Source: Malacoraja senta | Lineage: Eukaryota | DNA length: 64,000 nucleotides | NCBI GenBank assembly: GCA_038087875.1 | Contig: CM075991.1 | Span: forward strand, 8,620,001-8,684,000 | Direction: 5' to 3' | Shown: piece after piece, positions 47,690 to 59,947 of the stretch | Numbering within the stretch: the first letter of the stretch is position 1 | How the letters are laid out: the number at the start of each line of letters is the position of its first letter | Made by a program: the position numbers and the translations under genes | Notes under the pieces: generated by a model | Database searches by the model: none | The model's input: the letters and a program-made list of their open reading frames with translations, nothing else | Told to the model about the DNA's origin: nothing

Positions 47690-48077
47690 AGTAGTTGGCC
47701 CCCCTATCGGTCATGACTGACCATGGGTGATGCATCCTGGTCAGATGCAAGCCTGGGCGATGTCATATGGAGGACAGGCTGTTGCCCCATGCTGCACGTC
47801 CCCCCCTCTCCATGTCGCTGATCGATCCAAAGGAACAGCAGGGCCGTTACGGTTTGGCACCAGCGCCGTCGCAGGAGCTGCCAGAGCGAGGTTGTAGACA
47901 ACGACGAACTGCCTTAGGGGCTCCGACTCCGGATTTTCTTGAGGTTTACTCCTGGAGCCTTTTCCATGACTGGATATGGCCACAAGGCAGCGGATGTTTT
48001 AATCAGAGTTTTCCCCTTCCCAGGCTGACGAGCCCCATCCGCCCGAGACTCGTGGGGGCGGGAGCGTCTACCTTCCC
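47690..48077 (-). mobile_element. Short non-coding RTE-like derivative
   Basis: 5' part GGGGCTCGTCAGCCTGGG..GGAAAACTCTGA resembles RTE 5' UTRs; ends ..GATAGGGGGGCCAACTACT like an RTE tail. Confidence 0.45.
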
Positions 48078-48749
48078 ATGCAGGTCTACAGCACCTGCCC
48101 ACTGCCCAACACACCAACACACACAAACAGCAACAAAGGGACTATTTGGCCAGGTACACCCCCCACTCCCCCACCCACCTTCACACGCCGGGACTTGCGC
48201 CCTGTCTGTGTCTGTGACTGTGAGCTTCACACCTGCAGTGACATTGACAAATGTCAGATGGACCCGCGCCTGCCAGCATGGCTGAGAGAGTCTGTGACGG
48301 ACATCGCTTGGTGCTGACAGACTGGTAGTGTGTGACGAGTGGTTTGTGGAGGCTGCGTTCGAGTGAGGTCTGGGCTCTGGCCGCCTGGTGTTGATGTGTA
48401 ACCTGCCCATTCTCGGCACGGTGCGGACCAGAGCCAGCCCGGCTCACACAAAAGCCTTTACTTCAGACAGGGTTCAATCGCACTGTCCCAATGCCACAGC
48501 AGCACCTCCCCACAAGGTAAAAATGACGGCATCACAAACAAAGCAGGAACGAGGTCCTTGTGACGAGCTGACATATCCATCATTCAGACAAGGCTGGAAG
48601 GCCTTCATCAGTGTGTATTGCGAGCGCTCACACGGGCATGATCAGAATTCAAACAGCTTCAGCAGGCTTAGCTTGTAACGCACGTCTCTGGTGGGAAGCT
48701 GCACTCACTCATATCTCCCCTGCCCCTTCCTCCATCTTCTATTCTCCTA

Positions 48750-49012
48750 TTTTAGTTTAGTTTAGAGATACAGCGCGGAAACAGGCCCTTCGGCCCACCG
48801 GGTCCGCGCCGACCAAGCGATCCCCGCACCCTAACGCTATCCTACACACGCTACGGACAATCTACACTTACGTCAAGCCAATTAGCCTACACACCTGTAC
48901 GTCTTTGGAGTGTGGGAGAAACATGCGGTCACTGGGGGGAACGTACAAACTCCGTAGTCGGGATCGAACCCGGCTCTCCGGTGCTCCATGCAACTCTACC
49001 GCTGTGCCACCC
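48750..49012 (-). mobile_element. HE1-type V-SINE
   Basis: Consensus match with (TTTAG)n tail. Confidence 0.78.
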
Positions 49013-49600
49013 ATAATCTTAAAGCACTGACTCCAACGTTAGCAGCCTCTCTGCCTCATATCATAAAGAAGCTCGAAGGGCCGAATGGCCTACTCCTGCA
49101 CCTATTGTCTATTGTCTATTGTCTATAAGCTGCATTCATATATCAGACAACTGCACCATCCTACCACAACCAGAGAGCGGTCCTGAACTACTATCTATGT
49201 CATTGGTGACCTTCGGACTATCCTTGATCAGACCCTGCACTCAATGTTATTCCCTTATCATGTATCCGTACACTGTAAATGGCTCAATTGTAATCACGTA
49301 TTGTCTTTCTGCTGACTGGATAGTACATGTTGCAACACAAGCTTTTCACTGCACCTCGGTACGCATGACATAGACACATAGAAACATAGAAAATAGGTGC
49401 AGGAGTAGTCCATTCGGCTCTTCAAACCAGCACCGCCATTCAATATGATCATGGCTGATCATCCAGAATCAGTACCCCGTTCCTGCTTTCTCCCCATATC
49501 CCTTGATTCCATTAACCCTAAGAACTCTCTCTTGAATACATCCAGCGAATTGGCCTCCACTGCCTTCTGTGGCAGAGAATTCCACAGATTCAGCAACTCT

Positions 49601-50594
49601 TTTAAAAATATATATTTTTATTAGAAGCATGTATACAAATAATAGTAAGCGACAATTTAATTACAGATTTCTTACATAGCTTCAGTTAAAAAAAAATTGT
49701 TTTTAAAGAATAAAGATAAAGAGAGAAAAAGACGAGAGAAACTAATAGAGAGAAAACGGAGACACAAAAGGAAACTACAAATAACGAGATTGTGGAGATA
49801 GATCCAGGAACTGTTGAGTATCAGAATCAAATACACAGGACAAGATGTTAAGGTCCCTTGTGCCAATAGGTGGGGAGCATTTCACGACATTCGTTGATTG
49901 TTGAGAGTGGTGGACGCTCAACATCGGGGGGGGGGGTAACCTTCAGGACAGTTGGGCACAGGACACATCATCAGTAGTGTACCCTTGCATCACTGGGTGT
50001 TTCGGCCTTTTAACACTATACACCCTCCACAAGGGCGGCCCGCTGCAGGATGATCAACCCTCAGCGCATGTCCCGTGTCAAACCGTCCCGAAGATTCACC
50101 CCGACATACTCGGGGCCCAGCATGGGTCTTTCCGCTTGAGCCAAATCCACCGGCTGCTTCTTTCAGCCGCCTCTGAGAGTGATCTTATGGTCTTCCGCAG
50201 AGCCTGACCGTGGATTCCAAGCTCCTTCAGCAGTCTGATGGTAGATGACGCAACAAATCCTCTGCATCCCACTTCAACTGGATAGACTTTGGTGTTCATC
50301 CAATCCCAAACTCAGGTTTCAACCCTGATTTTGTGTTAAAACAATTCAACTTTTCAAATATTCAATAAATGGAGAGCATATTCCAACAAATAATTCTGGT
50401 TTGTCAATTAAGACAAATCTTATTTTTTCCAAATGCAAGGTCTCAGTCATTTCCGTAATCCACATCGCGGGGGCTGCTGTTTTTTCCCAAAATTTTAGTA
50501 TTAATTCTTTCGCAGTTATTAGACTGTAATCAAGAAATTGTCACTAACTTATCGTAAAGTTTGTGCTATGTTCTGATAATCCTAATATTATTCA
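49601..50594 (-). mobile_element. L1 LINE 3' fragment inserted in CR1 (49370-50760)
   Basis: LILKFWEK..MWITEMTETLHLEKIRF..PFIEYLKS* (L1 ORF2 end; stop at 50346-50348); TSD about ATTCA(G)CAACTCT. Confidence 0.75.
49807..50299 (-). mobile_element. Hero/R2-superfamily non-LTR retrotransposon 3' fragment nested in the L1
   Basis: ORF 50096-50299 PVEVGCRGF..LGI.G..AAERSSRWIWLKR matches the end of a restriction-like endonuclease domain. Confidence 0.8.
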
Positions 50595-53500
50595 TATTCA
50601 CAACTCTATGGCTGAAAAAGTTTCCCTCATCTCAGTCCTAAATGGCCTACCCCTTATTCTTAAACTGTGACCCCTGGTTCTGCACGATGTTTTTCCAACA
50701 TGGGGAACATTTTTCCTGCATCTAGCCTGTCCAATCCCTTAAGAATTTCATATGTTTCTCGTATAAACCAAACTGAACTGAACCCGTTAAGGTCAAGCGG
50801 AGTTAGCTGTCGTGGACACAAGTACGGCGGGGGTGCAAGATGAGGGTGAAAATCCTGGCTTGAGGCAGCACCGCAGGCAGGTGGATTTAGACACAAGAAT
50901 CGCACACAAGAAATAAAACAAACTAGACGTAGAATTGACCAAAAGAAAGACCACGCAATAAAAAAAGCAAGACATTCGAGCAGGAAAGTACGGGCTGAGT
51001 TTGGAGTCTGCGGCTGGCGAGCTGGGCCTACGATACGATAAGATAATGATAAGATAGAACGTTATTTATCCCAGGAGTGGAATTGATCTGCCAGCAATCA
51101 TAAAAACACAAAATACATGAAATTAAAGTGGAAAGGATTGGGGATGTGCAAAGATTTGGGGGAGGGTGGGGGGGAGAGTGGGTGGGGGGGGGGAGTCAGT
51201 CTATCCCACGACAGAAGGGGGAGGAGTTGTACAGTTTGATAGCCACAGGGAAGAAGGATCTCCTGTGGCGTTCTGTGCTGCATCTTGGTGGAACCAGTCT
51301 GTTGCTGAAGGTGCTCCTCAGGTTGACCAGTGTGTCATGGTGGAGGACATGGCGCAAGGAGCATAGCCTGCATGGCAGGTCCAGGCCAGCTAGAGGGGCT
51401 AGGCCCCTCTCGCTGAGATACTCCCGACCCCAGGCTCACCGGGATACTAATTAGAAAAATACAACAAGTCCATGGTAGAGCAAGAGGTGCAAGCGACTAG
51501 TGTAGCTGGGACATGTGGGCTGGTGTGGGCAAGTTGGGCCGAAGGGCCTGTTTCCACAATATATCACTCCACGACTATGACTCTAAGAGGTGACCGAGGT
51601 AGGACAACAATGTCACACCTCACAGATGTGGTTATTAAGTGCTGAGCCACATAAAGATGTCAGATTGATGTAACGCTTGGAACAGATGTAATATGGGTCC
51701 CCAGATAATAATTGCTCCTTAATGGATCATTTTGCTGAACACTTGCGCTCAGTCCGCCAAGGCCTGCTGGATCTCTCGGTTACTAAATATTTTAGTTATC
51801 CCCGTACTGACCTTTCTGACCTGGCCTCCTCCATCTGCCAGAGGGAGGCCACATGCAAACTGGAGGAACAGCTCCTCATATTAGGGGCGGCACAGTAATG
51901 CAGCGGTATAGTTGCTGCCTTACAGCGCCGGAGACCCAGGTTTGCTCCTGACTACGGGAGCTGTCTGTGTGGAGTTTGTTTGTTCTCCCCGTGACCGTGT
52001 GGGTTTTCTCTGGCTTGCTGCGGTTTCCTCCCACAGGCGTACAGGTTTGTAGGTTAATTGGCTTTGGTGAAACTGTGCATTGTCCCTCATGTGCAGGATA
52101 GTGTTAGTGTTGGTGGATCACTGGTCTGCACTGCCTCGGTGGGCCATATAACAATATAACCAAATAACAATTACAGCATGGAAACAGCCATCTCGGCCCT
52201 TCTAGTCCGTGCCGATCACTTACTCTCACCTAGTCCAATCTACCTGCACTCAGACCATAACCCTCCATTCCTTTCCCGTCCATATACCTATCCAATTTAT
52301 TTTAAATGATAAATGGAGAACCTGCCTCCACCACTTCCACTGGAAGCTCATTCCACACAGCTACCACTCTCTGAGTAAAGAAGTTCCCCCTCATGTTACC
52401 CCTAAACTTCTGTCCCATGTTTTTCTAAAGCACTGTATCTCTAAAGTCTAAAATTTAATTTCATCTGCCTGCACATGATCCATATCCCTGTGTTCTTTGT
52501 GTTCACAATGGGGGGGGTGCACAGGAGCCAATCGTAGGTTTAATTTAGTTTAGTGCAGAAACAGGCCCTTCGGCCCTCCGATCCCCGCACATTAACACTA
52601 TCCTACACATAGCAGGGACAATGTTTACATTTGTACCAAGCCAATTAACCTACACACCTGTACGTCTTTGGTGTGTGGGAAGGAAACTGAAGATCGCGGA
52701 GAAAAACCCACGCAGGTCACGGGGAGAGCGTGCAAACTGCGTACAGACAGCACGTGCAGTCGGGACTCTACCGCTGCGCCACAATGCTGCCCTGGGTGTA
52801 CGCTCCAGCCCAACCCTGCCGGTCGCTTCTACAGAAAACACTACCAAGGCTGCGCACGGGAGCAGAGAGGGAGAGTGGGGAAGAAAAAGATGGGGCGGTG
52901 GGGGAGAAAGGAATTTTTTTTTTTTGTAGGAAGTTAAATAGAAGATGACCTACAATTATAAAATCCATTGAGGCCAAGTCAATGGATATTATTAAGGCCG
53001 AGATTGACAGATTCTTGATTAGTATGTCCATGTCAGGGGTTATGGGGAGAAGGCAGGTGAATGGAGTTGGGAGGGAGAGATAGATCAGCCATGATTGAAT
53101 GGTGGAGTGGAATCGATGGACCGAATGGTCTAATTCTGCTCTTATCCCTTATGAACTTATGAACTACAACGTCATGCAACCCATGACACTGGCTGGACAT
53201 TTTTTTTTCTTCACATTTTAGTGTTTTTCAGTAAATCATCTGCAACGCACAACTAATATTGGCGTCAGGGAAATAGTGATAAAATTCCTCATGCCATCTG
53301 TAGTTGTAGGCCTGCCAGTTATTTATAACCCCTGCTGTCTGGCCAAGCACATTTGTTGTCATGGTCCTTAAAGGGACTCTACTCCTCTTTCACTTGTAGT
53401 GAGCTGTGCTTAAGATTTTGTGATATAAATTTTTATTAGAAGCAAACATATTACAATGTAGAGTAACATATTATAATAGAAGAAAAAACTTTTCATATAC

Positions 53501-53694
53501 ATCAATCACTCATAGATTATTAAATTTGTCAATTGTCAGTCAATTCTGCTTCTAGTGTTTTTTTTTAATATAGATAGAAAAAGAAAAATAGAGAGAAAGA
53601 AGAAAGAAGAGAGAGAAAGAAGAATTACAATATCAAAAAAGAAAAAGAGGTGGAATGAATAACTTATAATACGTCATAGGAGCTTAAGATTTTA

Positions 53695-54062
53695 AGGGCC
53701 CTGTCCCACTTACGCGACCTTTACAGGCGACTGCCGGCTCCCGTCAAAAGTTTCAGCAAGTTGAAAATTCAGCGGCGAGCAGAAAGACGCCAGGACTCTT
53801 TGGAGACCTCTCACGACCACAGGAGACCTCTCACGACCATACAGGCGACTCCTGGTGACATGTTGCGGGAGACCTCTCACGACCACAGGAGACCTCTCAC
53901 GACCACAGGAGACCTCTCACGACCATACAGCCTGTGGTGGTGAGAGGTCTCCAAAGAGTCGTAGCGTCTTTCTGGTGGCTGCTGAATTTTCAACATGTTG
54001 AACATATTGTGCGACCTATGACGGCAGTCGCCTGTAAAGGTCGCGTAAGTGGGACAGGCCCT
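53695..54062. mobile_element. PIF/Harbinger-type MITE
   Basis: TTA TSD; long TIRs; internal GGAGACCTCTCACGACCACA repeats. Confidence 0.85.
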
Positions 54063-54176
54063 TTAGCAAAGAGGGTTTCACTCCAGAGGCCGCGTGTTTT
54101 GGGAGAAATTCTGATACGTTATGCTTTCTCCTATTTTCTTATGAATAATGGGACGTAATTCTGAGGCTTTAGAAGG

Positions 54177-54702
54177 CACATAGAAACATAGAAACATAGA
54201 AATTAGGTGCAGGAGTAGGCCATTCGGCCCTTCGAGCCTGCACCGCCATTCAATATGATCATGGCTGATCATCCAACTCAGTATCCTGTACCTGCCTTCT
54301 CTCCATACCCCCTGATCCCTTTAGCCACAAGGGCCACATCTAGCTCCCTCTTAAATATAGCCAATGAACTGGCCTCGACTACCCTCTGTGGCAGAGAGTT
54401 CCAGAGATTCACCACTCTCTGTGTGAAAAAAGTTCTTCTCATCTCGGTTTTAAAGGATTTCCCCTTATCCTTAAGCTGTGACCCCTTGTCCTGGACTTCC
54501 CCAACATCGGGAGCAATCTTCCTGCATCTAGCCTGTCCAACCCCTTAAGAATTTTGTAAGTTTCTATAAGATCCCCTCTCAATCTCCTAAATTCTAGAGA
54601 GTATAAACCAAGTCTATCCAGTCTTTCTTCATAAGACAGTCCTGACATCCCAGGAATCAGTCTGGTGAACCTTCTCTGCACTCCCTCTATGGCTATAATG
54701 TC
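54177..54702 (-). mobile_element. CR1 LINE, 5'-truncated
   Basis: IEGVQRRFTRLIPGM..; (CTATGTTT)n tail. Confidence 0.9.
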
Positions 54703-55652
54703 AGACCACATCAGTTTAGTTTATTGTCACGTGTACTGGGGTACAGTGAAAAGCTTTTGTTGCGTGCTAACCAGCCAGCAGAAAGACAATACATGATTAC
54801 AATCGAGCCATTAAACTTAAAGATAGCGGAGTCAGGGGATATGGGGAGAAGGCAGGAACGGGGTACTGATTGGGGATGATCAGCCATGATCACATTGAAT
54901 GGCGGTGCTGGCTCGAAGGGCAGAAATGGCCTACTCCTGCACCTATTGTCTATTGTCTATTGCAGTGTATAGATGCATGATAAGGGAATGTGTGTGAAGG
55001 AACTGCAGATGCTGGTTAAAACCGAAGAGTGGGAAAAGAAACTGCAGTAACTCAGCGGGTCAGACAGCATCTCTGGAGAAAAGGGATAGGTGACGTTTCG
55101 GCGGGGGGGGGGGGGGGGTTCCCCGCAAAAATAGGTGGGAATCTAGGTGGGGCACAAGAGAGGAGAGGAGGGGAGAAGAAAAAGAGGGGGTGTGTGTGGG
55201 AGAAATAAAAAGGGGGTTGTGTGAGGGGGTTTAGTGGGAGGTTACCGACTGACTATCTATTTACAGAAGGAAAAAGAAATTGGCTCAGGTCAATTACAGA
55301 GGGTGTGTGTGGTGATGGGTGGGGGAGGACACATTTGGTATGAATGTGTACTCTATACAGAGGTCCATGTTAACAAGAATGGAATTTTCCTGCCAAGTGC
55401 AGATTACCGCAAGATACGCTATTAATTTCAATTGCACTATAGAATATTGGCAAAATCTCCAACCATATCATGAAAATATAACAAGTAACAGAATTACTCA
55501 CCATGTTAAAGCAACATTGATCACAATCTCTGGGCGTTCAGGTCCAACTGTAAATGTTGAAATGAAGCACACTGCGGTTTAAATATGCAACTCTGTCCCG
55601 TCAAACCCTCCAAGGTTAGCCAGAGGCTGTAAATATCCATCAACACTGCCAT

Positions 55653-56415
55653 TATTATCTAAATGGTGGCCGATTAGGAAAAGGGGAGATGCAGCGAGAC
55701 CTGGGTGTCATGGTACACCAGTCATTGAAAGTAGGCATGCAGGTGCAGCAGGCAGTGAAGAAAAGCGAATGGTATGTTAGCTTTCATAGCAAAAGGATTT
55801 GAGTATAGGAGCAGGGAGGTTCTACTGCAGTTGTACAGGGTCTTGGTGAGTCCACACCTGGAGTATTGCGTACAGTTTTGGTCTCCAAATCTGAGGAAGG
55901 ACATTATAGCCATAGAGGGAGTGCAGAGAAGGTTCACCAGACTGATTCCTGGGATGTCAGGTCTTTCATATGAAGAAAGACTGGATAGACTTGGCTTATA
56001 CTCGCTAGAATTTAGGAGATTGAGAGGGGATCTTATAGAAACGTACAAAATTCTTATGGGGTTGGACAGGCTAGATGCAGGAAGATTATTCCCGATGTTG
56101 GGGACGTCCAGGACAAGGGGTCACAGCTTAAGGATATGGGGGAAATCCTTTAAGACCGAGATGAGAAAAAACTTTTTCACACAGAGAGTGGTGAATCTCT
56201 GGAACTCTCTGCCACAGAAGGTAGTTGAGGCCAGTTCATTGGCTATATTTAAGGAGGGAGTTAGATGTGGCCCTTGTGGCTAAAGGGATCAGGGGGTATG
56301 GAGAGAAGGCAGGTACGGGATACTGAGTTGGATGATCAGCCATGATCATATTGAATGGCGGTGCAGGCTCGAAGGGCCGAATGGCCTACTCCCTGCACCT
56401 ATTTTCTATGTATCT
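55653..56415 (+). mobile_element. CR1 LINE, 5'-truncated
   Basis: RDLGV motif and ORF 55774-56283; near-identical to 23604-24249. Confidence 0.92.
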
Positions 56416-56461
56416 AACACGGTCTCGTTGACTGTAGGGCTCCCTGGGTTACAAAGACGTC

Positions 56462-56740
56462 CACGGTGGCGCAGCGGTAGAGTTGCTGCCTCACAGTGCC
56501 GGAGACCCGGGTTCGATCCTGACTACGGGTGCTGTCTGTACGGAGTTTGTACATTCTCCCCTGACCTGCGTGGGCTTTCTTCGAGATCTTCGGTTTCCTC
56601 CCACATTTCAAAGACGTACAGGCTTGGTATAAATGTAATACAATTGTCCCTAGTGTGTGTAGGATAGTGTCAATGTGCGTAGATCGCTGCCTACTCGGTG
56701 GGCCAAAGGGCCTGTTTCCACGCTGTATCTCTAAACTAAC
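56462..56740 (+). mobile_element. HE1-type V-SINE
   Basis: Consensus match. Confidence 0.85.
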
Positions 56741-57042
56741 ATCAGAGGGTCAGGGAGCATCTCTGCAGAAAAGGAATAGGTGACTTTTCCGGGTCGAGAC
56801 CCTTCATCAGACATGTCTTGGATCTAGGTCAGGAAGAATTAGACCAGGGGGGATAGGATGGATGAAGGCAATCTGAAGAAAGGACTCTGCCTGAAACGTC
56901 AACCTAATCCTTTTCTTCTAAGAATAAGGAGTAAGCCATTTAGGACTGAGATTTTCAACCCAGAGAGTTGTGAATCTGTGGAATTCTCTGGCACAGAAGG
57001 CAGTGGAGGCCAATTCACTGGATGTATTCAAGAAGAGAGTTA

Positions 57043-57856
57043 AGGGGCCGTCCCACGTAGGCGGTTTTTCTGAGGACCGCCGGCGAGTGTCAAGTTCGCG
57101 GCACTCGCCTGAAAAAACGGGAACTGGAACGCGACTGTCAGAGTGGAGCACACACACACAAACACATGGCAAAGGCGGGGGCCAGGGAAAGCGGGGGGGG
57201 GGGGGGGGCGCTGTCTGAAATTCACACGGTGCAAAGCCAAGGTGATACACACACACACCGCGATGAACAGGAAGGTTCAGAGGGCAAGCACAGTGTACGG
57301 GAAGTTGTTTAAAAGGGGGGAGAAGGGGGGAGAGGGGGGAGAAGGGGGGAGAAGGAGTGGAGACACTTTTATGAAGCCAGACAACTTTAATCCAGAGATA
57401 CACAGCTGTGAAGTTCGGCGGGCATTTAACATTACCGGTCGGTTCTCCTTGGTTCTGAAAACCTCGTGCTTATGTTTTTTTCCCCCCCAATGAGCCAATG
57501 AGAGGCCCGGGTCAGCAAAGGCAATTAATTAAAACTGCCTACGACTAGCTCGACTAGCTATAACTACATGGCGACCCCACTACAACCTGCACCCATGACT
57601 ACAAAAGTATCGATTTTCTCCATGGCGGCCATGTTGAAAAATTGGTGCCGATTTTCTCCATGGCGGCCATGTTGAAAAATTTGTGGTGACCATACTGAGG
57701 CCTTGACTAGTTCCCAGAATGCTGGGAACTCCTCGCGACCATGAAGGAGACTAACCAGAGACCACCAGCGAACATGAGGCGACCATGTGGTGACCGTGTG
57801 GCGAGTGCAGAGTCTCCTGCACTCGCCGAAAAAGTCACCTAAGTGGGACAGGCCCT
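57043..57856. mobile_element. PIF/Harbinger-type non-autonomous element (814 bp) in CR1
   Basis: TTA TSD splits the CR1 sequence GAGAGTTAGATATAGC; same TIR family. Confidence 0.85.
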
Positions 57857-58285
57857 TTAGATATAGCTCTTTGGGCTAACGGAATCAAGGGATATGGGGA
57901 GAAAGCAGGAACGGGGTACTGATTCTGGATGATCAGCCATGATCATATTGAATGGTGGTGTTGGCTCAAAGGGCCGAATGGTCTGCTCCTGCACCTATTT
58001 CTAATTTTCTCTGGTTCTTCAGAGATGCTGCCTGACCTGCTGAGTTGCTTCCAGCATTTGTGTCTATCTTCGGTGTAAACCAGCATCTGCAGTTCCCTCT
58101 TACTCCTTTAGGCACTGCACAGGCTAGGTGCAGAGAGTAAATACATCTGACTAATAATGACCCACATCATGTACAGTACTATCAAACAGCATCAATAGCA
58201 ATGGAAGTCAACCCAAATAGACCTGCCTCAGGTCTATATAATTAAAATGAATGCCTGCTTTTGGAGCGGAATCTCATCTGCTCAG

Positions 58286-58485
58286 NNNNNNNNNNNNNNN
58301 NNNNNNNNNNNNNNNNNNNNNNNNNNNNNNNNNNNNNNNNNNNNNNNNNNNNNNNNNNNNNNNNNNNNNNNNNNNNNNNNNNNNNNNNNNNNNNNNNNNN
58401 NNNNNNNNNNNNNNNNNNNNNNNNNNNNNNNNNNNNNNNNNNNNNNNNNNNNNNNNNNNNNNNNNNNNNNNNNNNNNNNNNNNNN
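58286..58485. other. Assembly gap (200 N)
   Basis: Run of exactly 200 N, probably a placeholder for a gap of unknown size. Confidence 0.99.
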
Positions 58486-59261
58486 TGCCCCCAAACCTTC
58501 ACCAGGCAGCAGGAGGGGGACCTTGAGGAATGGTTCCAGCAGAATGCCATCCTGTACGAAAAAGGAAAATGATGGATACAGGGACAGGGACAAGAATGGC
58601 ATGCTTGCCATCCACTGCCCCACATGTGTGCTTAAAGTTCCATCTTTGTCAAAGCCCAGCGCCACTCTCTTCCAGTCATCTGGTGTACTGGGGACAGTCC
58701 ATCACATCATCTCCATTCACCCATTGTGACCTCTTCTTGTGCTTCCTCTTCACCCTTGCTCTTCCCCATCTGCCTTTCTTAAAATGCTGCTGAAGCAAAA
58801 GGGCTGCTGCAAACAGCAGTAGTTGTAATTTTACTAACATCCTCCAAACTAGTTGCCTTCCTTGCTTGCATGGTTCAGAATGATTTTTTTTAAAACCTGG
58901 GAGGCATTTTTTAGTGAGAAAAAAAATGCAGACATGACATCATTTAATCAGGTGACCATTTGAGCTGTAGACACTCGTCACTGGTCGATGTTGGTTTTCG
59001 GTTTGGTCCTCTGAGGTGGAAGGGGGTCGTGCCCATTCACGGATCAATTTGCCAGAGACCATCCTCGAGTAAAACGTACATGGTGGAAGCCAGTCTTTAA
59101 CATAGTCAGAGGAGGTCGAAGGAGGTCTTCTTCATAGTCGAGGGAGGTCGTACGCATAGTCGAGGAAGGTCGTAGGAGGTCGTAGGTCACCGCGACCTTG
59201 ATTTTTTTTTTTTTTAGTCGCCAGATGTTGCGGTGGAGGTCGCCCAAGTGGGACAGGCCCT
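58486..59261 (+). mobile_element. Right part of a larger Harbinger element with a MADF-like remnant
   Basis: Single TIR AAGTGGGACAGGCCCT at 59246-59261 abutting a split SINE; FTRQQEGDLEEWFQQNAILYEK (frameshift) DGYRDRDKN at 58486-58610. Confidence 0.45.
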
Positions 59262-59492
59262 AAACACTATTCTACACACACTAGGGCCAATTTACATTGA
59301 TACCAAGGCAATTAACCAACAAACCTGCACGTCTTTGGGAGTGTGGGAGGAAACCGAAAATCTCGGAGAAAACCCACGCGGTCATTGGGAGAACGTACAA
59401 ACTCCCTACAGACAAGCACCCGTAGTCAGGATCGAACCCGGGTCTCTGGCACTGTAAGGCAGTACTTCTACCGCTATTCCACCGTACCGCCC
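59262..59492 (-). mobile_element. HE1-type V-SINE lacking its tail
   Basis: Head and V-domain present; cut at the Harbinger TIR. Confidence 0.8.
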
Positions 59493-59947
59493 AAATTAGA
59501 ATAATATTCTGTTGATTAGTGGACATTTCAGTTCATGAAACAAAGTCAAACTCATTATTGGCTCATTGTTAAAAAGATGTGATGAAAAGTTATGACCCAA
59601 TAGGTTTTGTGCATCTGTACTGTTTGCAAGAGGTTTATTGTTAAAATATTGTGATTAAACACAAGATTTAAAACTGCAATCCGGGAAGCAACATGAACAG
59701 CAAGATTTAAGAATGTACAGATCGAATAATTGAATGCATCAAATGTAAGTACAATTTATATTGAATATATGACGTGGATACATTTAGTACTAACTATGGC
59801 TCTCAAAAGTGTACTGTATTCCTTTCACCGTCATTAACCATCGTCAATTTAAAGATTCCTCCCAAAAAACAAAAATGATTTTCAACCATATCACAAATGA
59901 ATCAAGTGAACTTTCTTTGAAATGGAAAGATAGAAATTGAGCTGCAT

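Noticed and set aside
58242..58729. ORFs spanning the N run
   Set aside because: Artefacts of translating an assembly gap.
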